A stretch of 64,000 bases of DNA from Trichosphaerium sp. ATCC 40318 (lineage: Eukaryota; Protista; Tubulinea), in contig JALMLS010000216.1 in assembly GCA_038496445.1 (NCBI GenBank), positions 310,001 to 374,000 of the forward strand, read 5' to 3'. The notes below the pieces were generated by a model. That model worked only from the letters and a program-made list of their open reading frames with translations, made no database searches and was not told where the DNA came from. Position 1 is the stretch's first letter; every line of letters begins with the position of its first letter. Positions 1 through 12,635 of the stretch are shown here, piece by piece. Made by a program: the position numbers and the translations under genes.

Positions 1-34
1 TATTTACAGATATGTACATTTTGCTTGTGGAGCA

Positions 35-702
35 TTAAAAGGAATCTAAGACACGCAATCCCTTGGCATAATCTTCCACTTCTAAAAAAAGATTATTTTT
101 AATCAGCGAAATAAGAATTTGTCAAAGTACCTGGAGGCAGTGCCTTTTTAGCTCTAACGCGTCGGCGACGCTTATGGGACCTCTTTGATTGTATTTGATG
201 AGCTTTTTTCTTACGGTTCATCGAACGAAGCTCTAACCAGTCTTTTCCGTCAGTACCCATGTACGCTAAAGAGAATAAGTATTTTCGGGCAAAAAGTTTT
301 TTGTATTTGACAAACCTCTGCTTCTAGCAAGTTTTGTTTGTAAAGACGTCCTTGATAGCATTGGGCTTTTACCCCCATAGCTTTTACGTAGTTTTCTAGG
401 GCTATCCATTTGCTTTGATGATGGGGAGAATATCAGAAATAATAAATCTCGTGAAGTACTTATTGGGAAATTTAGCTAGATTTTTAAGATAGCGTTTCGT
501 GTCACGTGAGACCGCGTATAAAACGTTGAAGATCATTACAGAAACTACTTTCATGATGACATGAAGCTAACGAACTTCCGCAACTAACGCAAGGTAAAAA
601 ACTTAGAGAACAAGTACCAAAAAGGATACGATGCTCCAACAACAACAAAATAATTCCGTTTACTTTAACTAAAGAACTTCTTTGTAGAAGTTACTCTGTC
701 AT
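35..702 (-). CDS. Small basic hypothetical protein, multi-exon; 5' structure uncertain
   Basis: Splicing GT-AG introns gives an open frame ...KWIALENYVKAMGVKSPML...KRSHKRRRRVRAKKALPPEVEDYAKGLRVLDSF*. No recognised domain. Confidence 0.4.
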
Positions 703-998
703 GATCCTAGCGCACAAGCGCGCTCTCACAGATCCGTAATAGTACTGCATAATTTTCAAACCTAAATGCCGGATGTGCAGTTTAATACTTAGAGAATAAC
801 TTTAGGTACAAAAACCATTCTACTACACAACCCAAGAACTCTGTAACGCTGTCAACTTTATGTTTATTGTTTGGGTTTTTGTGCTTACAAAGCTTCTAGC
901 ACAATTGAATAGAGCGGAATATAAACTCTACTTAATTGTACACCATAACTAACTCCATATATAACATGGAAAGATTGCCAGCAATACCACTATTTAGG

Positions 999-3025
999 TC
1001 AGCATCTTGGCATAATTTTCACGCTTGTTTTGCTCTCTGTGTTAATGCTTTTCTCTTTACCGTGTAGTTTATTAGATGATTTTATTATATCACCTAAGCT
1101 CTCCAATGCAAATTGAGGCTGTGGTATCGAAAACGCTCGAGGACTTTCCAAATCTTCTAACACGAAATCACTTTCTTCTGACAAAGCATCAGCATCGCTT
1201 TCTTCAATTTCAAAGTCTTCACTCTCCACAACACCGTCCACAATATCTTCAATGATACTACCGCTACGCCTTACATATCTACAACCTTCTATTCCGAACC
1301 AAGCTTGGAATCTAAACGAATCCATAGCCACCTTTAACAAAAAGTAAGTACATAAAAGACATCTTATAATCAAATGAGTACCTTCGGAAACGGTGTGCGA
1401 ATTATCTCGCGTATATTTCTTTTGTTTAGACAAGCTTCAATAAACTCAATAAAAATGAAAGTGACACTACGTGTATCATCTAAAAGGCGCCTAGCTAACT
1501 CCATGTGTGATTCATTAACAACATCTCTATTCAAATCGAACATAAACTGTGCATGCTTCCCTCTTATAGTAAGCTTCGGGACTTTACCATACACAAGGGA
1601 ACCTCCAAGAGCAAGCTCCATACCAAGGCTTAAAGAAAATATTAGTATCATCAACACAAGGAAACATAACATCCACAAAAAAAACGCACCATCCAACTGC
1701 GAAGACATCACTTTTTGGAGTCCAACCGTTCTCTGAAGCGTCAAAGTCCAGATATCCAATAGTTGATTTACTACTATAAACAGAACTCTGGAAGTAAAGG
1801 AAGGCGTTACCAAAATCACATATCTTAACGTATCCACCAGGCATAATTAGTACATTTTCTCCTTTGATATCAGAGTGTACAATACCACACTCGTGTATGT
1901 GATACAGTCCACGTAATACTTGAACTAGGATATGTCCTATAGCTTCAAGACTCATACCTGCTTTTGCCAATGTACTAGAGTTACAATAGGCTACAGGGTA
2001 GACGATAAAAGCGTATTCATTTGCTGCAAAAATGTTGTTGATTGGGAGAACAAAGCTCGATTTTGAGTCTCTTAAACAAGCAATTTGTAGTTGCGCCTCG
2101 TAGTTCTTAACAAGAAAAAGCGTTAGCATCGTTTTAGACTAGAATTAAAAAAACGGTTTTCTTACCACCGAGTCAAGGTTATCTAGGCCTGCAAATACCT
2201 TAATGGCAACCTCAGTACCATCGTTAACGCTCTCAGCATAATAGACTGATCCAGTATCACTTTTGAATAAAGCGTTAAAGCCAAAAATAGGAAAGTGACT
2301 AAAAAAGAACAAAAAAGAAGTTACAGATTTGTTTTTGTCTTACCTTTCGTTAATTAGTGAATAGAAGTTGTATACTCCAGCAGCCATTGATGATTGTTGA
2401 GGTAGATGATCAGGGAGGCTAAACGCTACTTTATGGGCGTTATAGTGGTCGATAGTATGAAACATGGCGTCGACTGTCGGAAATTGGCGGTAAACGGTTT
2501 GCTTCTTAATTTTTAAGACTTTTTAGTTGAAAAAAACAGCATTTTGCTTTCAGTTCTGAAACTTGAGATTAGCAGCATTTGAGGGCGCTACGTTGCTACC
2601 TGGTAGGCTTGTTGGAGAGTTTGTAGCCACGGCTGTGGTTTATCTAGTTGATAGAGTCCTAGCTGTAGAAACACTTCTGCTACTCTAGTGTAGGAGTTCC
2701 TCTGCTTGTGGACGCAATTTTCAGAGCGTATAAAGCTGAACGTAACAAACTTATTACTACACGTGTAGGCGGTTAATCATTTTGGCTTTATTCAAGGTTG
2801 AAGGTAAATACAGCGGTAGGAACCATTGACGAGGAACAAGGACTTTTTTGAGCTATGCCTGTGGGTTGTCGCGTTTTTGTCGATGATGAAGACAGTGCCG
2901 CCACCCATTTCTGATACAATCTTTCCGCAATCTGCGCCGTACAACTCCAATAAATTCTTAAACCTTAGAGTAGTATTGGTATCGTTAATCCAATCGTGTT
3001 CGATTTTTAGACCCGAGAGATTCAT
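999..3025 (-). CDS. Divergent Ser/Thr protein kinase (STE-like, non-RD), multi-exon
   Basis: VAIK, IVHSDIKGENVL, KICDFG and SDVFAVGW motifs across exons. ORFs 1584-2129, 1370-1837 and 999-1433 join by GT-AG introns; 2792-3025 is the probable first exon. Confidence 0.85.
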
Positions 3026-4378
3026 GGCTTCTATTGTTTGTTCACGTGGTTAACTGATAGTCGCCAAAGGTCAATTAAGGATTTGAACATGGCTTATTGC
3101 TTTGGAGAAGCTTTAGCCATTTACAAAAGTATTTTGACAACACGTCTCTAAACAACGTGCAGTTTTTGTGCACACTTTCACAACAATTTGTATTTTGAAT
3201 TGAGGAATCTACACTACTCGGAGCCTCAAGCATGTTTCCTCATTTTTTTCACCTTTAACTTTTTTTTTTTAATGCTCATCTGGCTTAGGATGCTATTGCA
3301 CAGTACAAAGCAGCCATTGCTCGTAAGCAATGGATGTATACTGAAGGAATAATTAATGCCATTCGACATACTTATCGGTATTATGCTCCTGTTAGCTATG
3401 CACGTATGATGTTAGGCTTATTACCTAAGCTCTTTTCGAATGACGAAAAATCAGCCAACTACGTGACAGTGTGTTACATTTATTGTCCGTATCGTTCAAG
3501 TTTGCGAAACTTTACAACTTTTTGCAGTTTCTGACTTTTGGTTTTCGAGTTTAGTCAGATCTGACAGATCTTGCAAGTTCGGTGTATCCTTACCGAACTG
3601 AAAATTTGCTAGAACTAGCAGGTATGTTTGAAATGTGATTCACGCTATTGGAGGCTTGCTGGGCGGAAAATTCATGAATTTGCACTGCCCACGTGATTTT
3701 AAAACCCAATATTATTTTATTTTACATTTTTAGTACGGTTACATGGCCCGTACCACAATATCGCCTCCAGATATACTTTGAGCGATTTTGAAATTAATCT
3801 TTGCGGTTTTTTCCCTTTTGATACGCCTTTACGCTATTTATGTCTCAGCACTAACGCGTGGCGGCGTAGTACGTTAGCCAACAAATAACAAGTCCTACCT
3901 TTTGGTATTGTTTGGCTCCTTTGGACGCTTCTTTGGTGAGTGTAGCATTTACAAGCGCCTACGTAAAATACTGCTATAGTCTTGTTAGATGCTTTTGACA
4001 TTGTATTTTTTTCTTGCCTTAATGTACGTAAGCACGGCAAGCAAGGTACATTGACTGGAGTTGTGGAACGTGATGCACTCATATTGCAAGCAAGCTCAAT
4101 TTCTATACTAAATGCACATAAAGTCCAATTAGTCATCGGAAAACTACATTTTCCATTGCCAAAAAAAATAGTTTTCCCGAAGCTTGAAATGTATTTCAAC
4201 AAACTACCACCCTTGTTGTACGGTTAAATTCATAGTGTGTTTTTGGCGTTCAAAATCTCTGGAAGGACAGTTCAGAGAATCACAAGAATGAAACTTCATA
4301 ATATTTGATTAAAAAACACGACCTCCAAACACAAACCAAACAAACAACTACTCCTGACCCATCGTTTCAAAAACCAAA

Positions 4379-4715
4379 ATGAAACTAGTATTGCTGTTCG
4401 CTGTTGTTCTTTGCTTATACATTATCGGTTCTGAATCAGTTTGCCCTGTATGCTCACGGAGATACAGTACGTCAATATAAACACTACTCGATTGATGACA
4501 AACAAAATGATTGTTTTATGTTAACGATGATTATAGAACTGGACAGTGGTGAGTTTTTGTGTAAGCAACGTGTCCTAGCTTGCCCTAAAAAGAGTTATTC
4601 GGGAGTTAACAAGATCTCAGGATCAAAGAAATGCAAACCATGTATTGCTCGTGGATGCGGTGGCATTACTGTAGTCATTGGTGGCAATACCTTCCAAGGT
4701 TGCCTGTTTCAATAA
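4379..4715 (+). CDS. Small secreted cysteine-rich protein
   Basis: MKLVLLFAVVLCLYIIGSES signal-like N-terminus, then a GTACGT..TAG intron, then a Cys-rich mature part (CPVC...CPKK...CKPC...GCGG...GCLFQ*). Confidence 0.7.
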
Positions 4716-5040
4716 AACCTATTGTCATTTTCTCCATTCTTGTAGACCACTACCAAGTATCACAGCAGTAGGTTTTTTATGCTCGTAAAAAACTAAGAAA
4801 GAAAAACAATTGTAGCCATTATTAGTTCACTCTTTACTTGTATCTTCATCTACATGTGCTTCAATTAATCGTTTGAAATACTCTAGTGCAAAGGCAGGTA
4901 CCACGCCAGTAGTATATTGAACTTGACCAAAACAGGCCTGTTTTCGGTTTGCAGAATTTTGCATCAAACGCCACATTTACATGGGAAACAGACAACAAAA
5001 GTACTTTACGCATAATTCACGCGTAATTAACCGTTCTAGA

Positions 5041-5950
5041 ATGTCAGTTAATATGTTTGAAGTTCTTCCTCGTGAAATGGTGCTAAAAGTACTCGAACTC
5101 GTACCAGAGACAACAGTAGTCAAGCTTGCGCGCGTATGCCAGTGTTGGAGAGAAGAACTCTCAAATAGCCCAATATGGCGCTATAAGTACTTGGAAAGCG
5201 CTAGTCAAGTGCCGAAAGCTTTAATTCTTGAGGGTTTGACGCCTACAACGTGGAAAAAGTATTTATTAAAGCGCAGAGCGTTTTACAACGTAGATATGAT
5301 CCTCGATGATGGCTCAAAGGTAATGAACGGACTATCTGACCTAAAACCGTTTAATTTTCTGAAAACAGGTTTACATTTCCAAAATACATATCACCGACCC
5401 ACCAGGAGTAACTCTATGTGGTGGACCATCTAAAAAAGAGAACGACAAATTAATAGCGGGCATTAGGAAGAAGAAAAATACTTGGGTTATTGACCCTCAG
5501 AGAACAACACGTGGAAAGTATGAGTACCTCCCTACACATACATGTGTTATTGATCTCATGCAAGGATGCAAATATGTACGTTGTACTTAAAAAAGCGTTA
5601 TTTTATGTGAAAAATTAGTTTGAACTTTTTTTTTTTTTTTGGCATTGCACTTCTCCTTTATTATGTCACGTGGTATGCAGGTTCTGTAAATATTTTAAGT
5701 GTAGTCTTTTCAAAATACACATCTTTCGCGTCTGACAGATTCCCATGCATCGTACCACCGCAGGTGTTTTATGAGCAGAATGTCTTACTTATTTTTGTTT
5801 TAGGAAGGATCAACGCTTACTGTTGTATTTTGGTCTAACTTGCCTGAATTACACCTTCGAAATTCTACACTAGTCGATACAATATACCCAATAGTCAGAG
5901 GGATACCTTATAAAGAAAAGAAATATACATGGACAATCGATGATTGGTAA
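5041..5950 (+). CDS. F-box domain protein, multi-exon
   Basis: FEVLPREMVLKVLELV...LARVCQCWRELSNSPIWR F-box motif. Downstream exons end ...YTWTIDDW*. Confidence 0.75.
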
Positions 5951-6428
5951 CAATAAAGATAAAATAAATTAAATAATTTATTTTATTTTTACTTTTTTGG
6001 TTGTTTGCGAACTAAGTGTTCATGTGCAGCTTCACTCTTTTGGTTTTTTTGCGAAATATCTTTGATCACTCTTTCCTTGTCGACTTACTTATGGCTAACG
6101 AAACTTCTTTTCTACAATACTTTGTAACATATCTCAAGATTACACTAAGTAACTTGGAGAAATAACGAGTGGAAAAAAATACATATGGCAACAGTTTAGA
6201 TTACAAAATCAGAAGCCACCACGCCTGCATCACGCCAGTGAATATTCATAAATGAATATATGAGTAAGACATTAGGGACAATGAATGTGCTTGTATTCAC
6301 AACGGAATAACATTACTAATGTGCCTTACGAGTTTTTTTTCTCACATTCATGTTTTCAGAGAAAACTTAGTGAAGCGTCATGAGCTCACTTATCACAATT
6401 GAACTCATTTTTTTGAAACTCTAAATAA

Positions 6429-7725
6429 ATGGCATCAACACATACTGATTTTTCCAATGCAGTAGCAAATATGATCGAAGAGCTTACGGAAGATGAACGA
6501 GAGGCATTCAATACTATATGCACTGAACCAATAGCTTCAGGTTACGTTTTTAGACATACTACGCCTACAGGGGCCCTAAATTAGGAGTTTATGCTTATAT
6601 TGGTTACTCGTTATCTTATGTTCATGTCTAGGCATAAGCAAAGTGTACTTAATAGCGTGCCTTATCTATTGCGATCTGAACATTGAGAAAACTATTGAAA
6701 TGTTAAAAAAATACAAAGACTTCTTGAAGAGATACAACTTTGAAAAAGTACCTGAATTATCAACATGTAGTTACATTATGGAGTGTGGGTATGGTGCTAC
6801 TGTATAGGACTAATAAGCTTCTCCAGAAATGGGGTAGTGCTTAAGAGTTAAAAATGTAGTTCAAGAAAAATGTATCACCTGATTGTTTTGATAGTGCTCT
6901 TTGGATGGTTCGTGGATGCCAAGCAAAAGATGGAAAGTATATAGCATATGCCATACCTTCCAAACTAGATATGTACAAGTGTGGATATGAAAAGGTTGTT
7001 GAAGGGCTATTATGGTACAAGCACAAATGTGCTAGCAATACACATTACTAATTGGGTTTCTAGGTTTATGACATATGGACTTTGTTTAGAAAGGTACCAA
7101 ACAGTATTCCGTTGCAAAACCTCTACTCGCCTTTAATAAGTGTTAAAAAAAACCAAAATAAGCATTACACTCGCTGATGGAGAACTCACTTCATCACTGC
7201 AAAATATCTTAGTTCCTAACACGAAATGAAGTGTAGATGCACAAAGAAAAGGTGTTGTAGTTGTTCAAGATATGAAGGATTTTAGTCTATCTCTTGTTGA
7301 CTATAGATTTGCTTCAGTAGCGCTGGATATACAAGTACACTTTGTAATTGAAAACACCAGGCTTACCTCTTTTATCATAGGCTAATTTTCCTGTTCAAGT
7401 CAAAGAGATCATAGTAGTCAATGCTCCATTTTATTTCTCTGCAATTTTGACTGTTGCTAGACTTTTCCTTGCACCAAGCATAATTAATTGTGTATGTAAG
7501 CAATTGTTTTCTGACGGTTTAACCAAAGAAGCATATTAGATTAAGCTAGTAACAATGGAGTCTTTACAACAGTACATTAGCAAGGATAACTTACATACTC
7601 ATTTCAGTGGAGAGAAAGTATTCGATTCAGGTGCTAAAGTTCTTTGAAGTATAGAATACTAACGTTTACATGAAGGCGCGTGGGTAGAATCTATAAAGCA
7701 ATTTAAAAACAAGCGAGAGTTTTAA
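6429..7725 (+). CDS. CRAL-TRIO (Sec14/alpha-TTP-like) lipid-binding protein, multi-exon
   Basis: Spliced exons include QRKGVVVVQDMKDFSLS, NFPVQVKEIIVVNAPFYF and YISKDNLHTHFSG, all typical CRAL-TRIO segments. Confidence 0.85.
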
Positions 7726-8223
7726 TGATCCATAATGTGTCATTCATGAAAAATGAATATGGTAGTATAACGCCACGACTACATTACAAAAATTGTGTAA
7801 TTTCGCAGTTTTTTATTTCACCAAATGCTTTGCGCTGTTCTACATTACTCACAATTTCTGTGCCAAATTCACATATACGTTATACGTTTTGCTGGCTAAA
7901 CTTGCGTACAAGGAGTTGAATCTTTTGTTGTTTCTGTACGAGTTGTGAGTGTTGAGACCGCCAATGTTGCTCAATGATTTTTTTTACGTGAACAAAATAG
8001 CCTATTCGGACTTTTACACGTGAAATGATAACTCTTTTATTTTTGACAAATACCGTGTTTGTGAGCAACATATCTAATGGGGGCTTGTAAGATAATTTTT
8101 AAAAAGAAAATTTCAAGTTTACATGGAGTATATGACGTACACGTGATTCACACGGATATTTCTTGTTTGCAAATACCTGCATTCATACAAATAACAACAA
8201 CACAAGCATCAAAGCAACAAAAA

Positions 8224-8894
8224 ATGGCATTTCAGGCAGCAGCAACAGCATTTGCTGTAGAGCAAGGTAAATGACTTCATTCGCTTTGTCGATCTATAAA
8301 CCACCACGCTAAAAGCGTATTAACGCCCTCGACACAATTGTGAGGTGGAACTACTATTCTGTTTTGTTTGATGAGATTTTATTCTTTTGACATGTTCAGT
8401 TTTTAACACAATTCAAGGCGTTGATATTGGTACTACTCTACTGGACAGGTTCAAGAAAAACATTTTTGGAGATGGTAGAGCAACTCGTAGTGTTGATGTT
8501 ATAGTCGTAAACAAAACAGCTCAAAAACTCCGTCTAGTTAAAGCACCTCAACCAAAAGACAACTCGGATGGTTCAGGTACGTAGAAAAAAGAAAAAAAAA
8601 TCACAATTGACAAAAACAAGTTCTAATCTCGTCTCAGGCATATGGACCAGTAAAGCCCTTCCTCCTACAGATATTGCTCCAAATACTGAAGAAGGTTATG
8701 GGTGTGAGAGTAATGGTTTTATGACTGGTGTAACACAAGCCAAAGCGTGGTATACAAATGATAAAGGAACGGAATACTGCTTGACTGTTTCAAACCCATA
8801 CGCAGGATCAAACCATAGTGAAGCTACGCCAGATAGCGTTCTGGTTATTCAAGGAGGTGGCGATAATTGTATCGTCAAGTTTGTAATAAGATGA
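8224..8894 (+). CDS. Aegerolysin/Cry34(ET79)-like beta-sandwich protein, 3 exons
   Basis: Spliced protein MAFQAAATAFAVEQGVDIG...RSVDVIVVNKT...GIWTSKALPPTDIAP...CESNGFMTG...WY...YCLTVSNPYAGSN matches the family pattern from recall. Confidence 0.7.
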
Positions 8895-9211
8895 AGAGCA
8901 GTAAATCGCTCTTTGTCTTCACTTGTATTTTTTTTTTTCACCACCAAAGACGTGCTTGTGAAAGTCAAGTTATCCAAAGAATAATAAAAAAAATGCATTT
9001 TGTCAACTTCTTCTTTTTTGAGTTATATCTCTTCTCTTTCAGTCCTTATTCAACGTATTCATTCTTACTACGATACTATTTATTTATATAAATCGTTGTA
9101 TTTAAGTAATTCCTAGTTGTGTGATAAAGTAAAGAAGAAAAACTTGAGACAAAATCGATTGGATTGTAAAAAATTTCTTCTTGATGTTTTTGTTTATTTT
9201 TTCAAAAACGC

Positions 9212-12200
9212 TCATAGCAGAGCACAAACTACTGTAATAAATACAAATATAGTTACATTAAGGAACACTGAATTGCTTCTTTCATTTTCTATAGGCCTTT
9301 CTTTACTTCTTGTCACTGTAGGTGGTTCAGGTGTGCTAACACCTGTAACTGTTACAGTAGGTGTAATCGTATTTATAGTTTCTGTAACTCTTGTAGAGTT
9401 ACCAAGGAAGTTCTCTACTAATTCTGTAGGATCTGGAGGTCCTACAAGGACATAAGTTTAACGCTGTATGAAAAGGTACTATTGTCACAGTGACATACCT
9501 GCACCAGAAAGTGTTACTGTAACTGTAGTTGATGCTTGACGTTTTGATGTAATTGTTTCTTCTTGTTCTATTGATGTTAACCCTACATCTACTCTAACAG
9601 CTCTTGCTATTGCGTCTTGAATAACTGTGAGTACACTCCCATCTAATGGGAATGCTCTTTGGACTATCACAATGATAGAAGCGGCTACAATCGATGTTAA
9701 CAACAAAAGAAAAAGGAAACGTCAAGCTCGAGGATGAACGTAGGCTTACCCGTTGTATTACATCTTGTCGTCATATTGGCACTGTCAAAGCTTACTATAC
9801 CTTCACCAAGGGTCCACGTGCCAAAACCTCCACTGAAACTAAGTCTGTACTGTCCAGGAGAAGGAAAGAACGGAGCTGTTTCAGGAAAAGAAGTAGGTTG
9901 TGCTGATAAATCCGTTCCAGATGGTGCAACAATAAGATTATCTGGACCAACCTCTACTGTTCTTGGAACGTCCTTTTTAAATGTTAATTTTTATCTATCG
10001 AATACTGTCGTACTGTATCCCATGCTAATATAGCAATAAAACTGTTTTGACTCACTTCCAATACGCAATCAACACGTGGTGTTAGCTATTTACAAGGTTA
10101 ATCATGTATTGTATGATTTTTCTCTTTAGTACCCTAGTTGTTGGTTGTACAACAACTGGTGATAGAGTTGTTGGTGCTATTGAAGGCATTGTCGGTGATT
10201 GGGGTACGTTTGGAGCAACACTTGTTGGGGCCAATGTCGGAGTCAATGTTGTTGGTGATTGGGGTGCGGTTGGAGCAACAGTTGTTGGTGATTGGGGTAC
10301 GGTTGGAGTAATTGTTGTTGGTGATTGGGTTGGAGCAACAGTTGTTGGTGGTATTGTTGTTGGGTTAGATACAGGTGCCACGGTAGACGGCGTTACCTCT
10401 TGGGAGTAATGTTAACAGAATGTGTTTAGTAGTAATTATTACCTATACAATCGAAAACATTGCTATCAGGTGTCAAGAATGCAATCTCTTGCAACATGTC
10501 ACTAGTGAACGTAACAATCTAAATAACGTATAAGACTAATAAAAAGGCTAGAAACAATCTAGGTGGAAAAGAAACTTTCTCGTACCACAATCACACAGAA
10601 TTCTTTGGAAAAAGTAGCTTGTATACTTCTAGGTACATCTGACGTAGATATTGGTAGTGTAGTAGACATATTCTGTGTACAATGTTAGTAGTGTACACTC
10701 CCCAAGAACGCGACAAGAAGAGTTTCTTTGACTGATGAAAATCTTTTAAAAAAGATACCGAAAAAAAAGCATTCAGCTTACTGTTTTTCTTCCTGTGGCT
10801 GTAATGGATCCTGGCTGCGCAAAGAAAGAAACAAAGGAATCCTCAACAGCCAAAATTGAATGCCCATCTGCCATAGGAAGTCCAGTGGTTGAGTCAACTT
10901 GGTTTATCTCGCATATGGTATCGGTGTAGTTGTAGGAGAATGTATTTAACTCTCCTGGCACTGATAAGTGCATTAGAAGAGTCTTTTCATCTGTGTTCAC
11001 TGCCGCTGAAACAAAAGACACAGTCCCTGCATGCTCGGAAATAGGAGATCCCTAACAAATAAATCAAAAACAATCACTCGCAGTAGAAGATAGCAAATTA
11101 TCGTACAGTAGGATATTGAAGAAATACTGATGCACCAGCATCATACTGAACTTCAACGTTACAATTATCGTTCAATACAAAAAAAAGTGGATCACTATTT
11201 AAAGAACCACTGTATTCGGCTAAATAATAGTACAATTAGAAAGCAGAAAAAAAGAGGTAAAAAAATAGAGAATACTATCACATTCACGTACTTCGAACTA
11301 CACTTGATGAATTATCGGGAAGTATTAAAGTCGTTAGTGTAGCATCTATATCACTTACTAGCGAATGTGTAGCAAGGATAAGAAATTCGTCTGGACCTAT
11401 TTTTTGACGTGATTAGTTCATAGATTCTAGAAGCCAAGGGTTAAGCGTATTTATATGCTTACCTGTTTGATGACCTGTGTAACTGTGTGCGGTATCGGTA
11501 GTTATATTTCTAGTAGTCCTTTCTTGTATGGTCTAAGAATAAAGTAAGAATTCCGACCGTCAAAGTTCTGAGCATCACTTGCCATATTTGGTAAAAGCTC
11601 AAAATGTCCAACAACTCCCTGACCATTTTCTGTAGTATACATAACTAATAGTTCTGATGCATTTGTGAAGGAAACAATCTTTGGGTTCGAGATATCCTCC
11701 TTAAAAAACGGCGTAAACGTCGAACTTCCAAGCATTAAATCTACGAACAGAAAAAAACTTTGTCAGAAAACAATTTACATTTTAAATAGAATACTACTAA
11801 CCTTCAGGTGTGAACACATAAATAGCCATACCTTCATCAAAAGCCCTTTTAGTTACTGCGTCTATAACTATAAACAAATGCGTAAGTTAAAGCTATTTGA
11901 GGTTGTTTCAGTTATAATTGTTGGTGAAACTAACTGTTTATATTTTCGAGACCAAAAAAGAACATACAAGCTGGTGAAACATATATAAAGTATGGAACGC
12001 CTCCAATACGCCCAAAAGCGATATCTGGCTCCCCTTCAGCTAGTTTGTCACTAAACGAAGTAAAAGCGCCTGCCAGTAAGAATGTATTGTTTGCAGGCGT
12101 TGTAAAAGTAGCCAGAGTAGCTAGGATAGATATAAATAAACAATTAGTTCAGACTTTTAGTACAATAGTACAAACAGCATAAAACGATCCCTATCACTAC

Positions 12201-12212
12201 TGCGTTACTCAT
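9212..12212 (-). CDS. Large cell-surface glycoprotein with signal peptide, Pro/Thr mucin-like stalk and C-terminal hydrophobic (GPI-like) tail
   Basis: N-terminus MSNAVVIGIVLCC..., a PTTVAP repeat exon (10082-10381) and C-terminus ...NSVFLNVTIFVFITVVCALL*, joined by many short introns. Confidence 0.7.
10135..10375 (-). repeat. Coding tandem repeat (PQSPTTVAPT-type)
   Basis: Repeated GTTGTTGGTGATTGGGGT / GTTGGAGCAACA units on the + strand. Confidence 0.85.
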
Positions 12213-12635
12213 GCTTGCGTTTTAGAATGCTTTGATAACAATATTGTAGTTTTAAACTATTTGACCAATTTAACTGCGTATTTCTCTTCGTTACAATACT
12301 ACGCGTACTCAGTATCAAGCCAAGCGTAGCGAGCCAAAATAACTCAGATTGACGATTATTCTAGTTGCCTATTTAGGTACTTACAGCTGTACCGCGGTTT
12401 TGGAAAGGAAAATCATACTCTACATGCTTTAACGCTAAGACTAGTACACAGTTACAACAAGGGGGCATCTTAGTAATTTTGTAGTTGGGTATTTTGAACA
12501 TTGACGTAACATTTCGTGCAAAAACTAATCCACAATTTCCTTTTAGGTACACCATTGGGTTTATTGAATGCAGTATACAGAGTTTTACAGAAAAGAGTGA
12601 CACCAAACGAATTATTTACAGTTGTGTCGTCAAGG

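Noticed and set aside
999-2129. Apparent frameshifts or a non-standard genetic code in split kinase ORFs and other genes
   Set aside because: Every break I checked is explained by a short GT-AG or GC-AG intron with the standard code.
10104-10409. Antisense ORFs over repeats and exons (also 14964-15416, 53605-53973, 61154-61865)
   Set aside because: Shadows of low-complexity or codon-biased coding sequence on the opposite strand.
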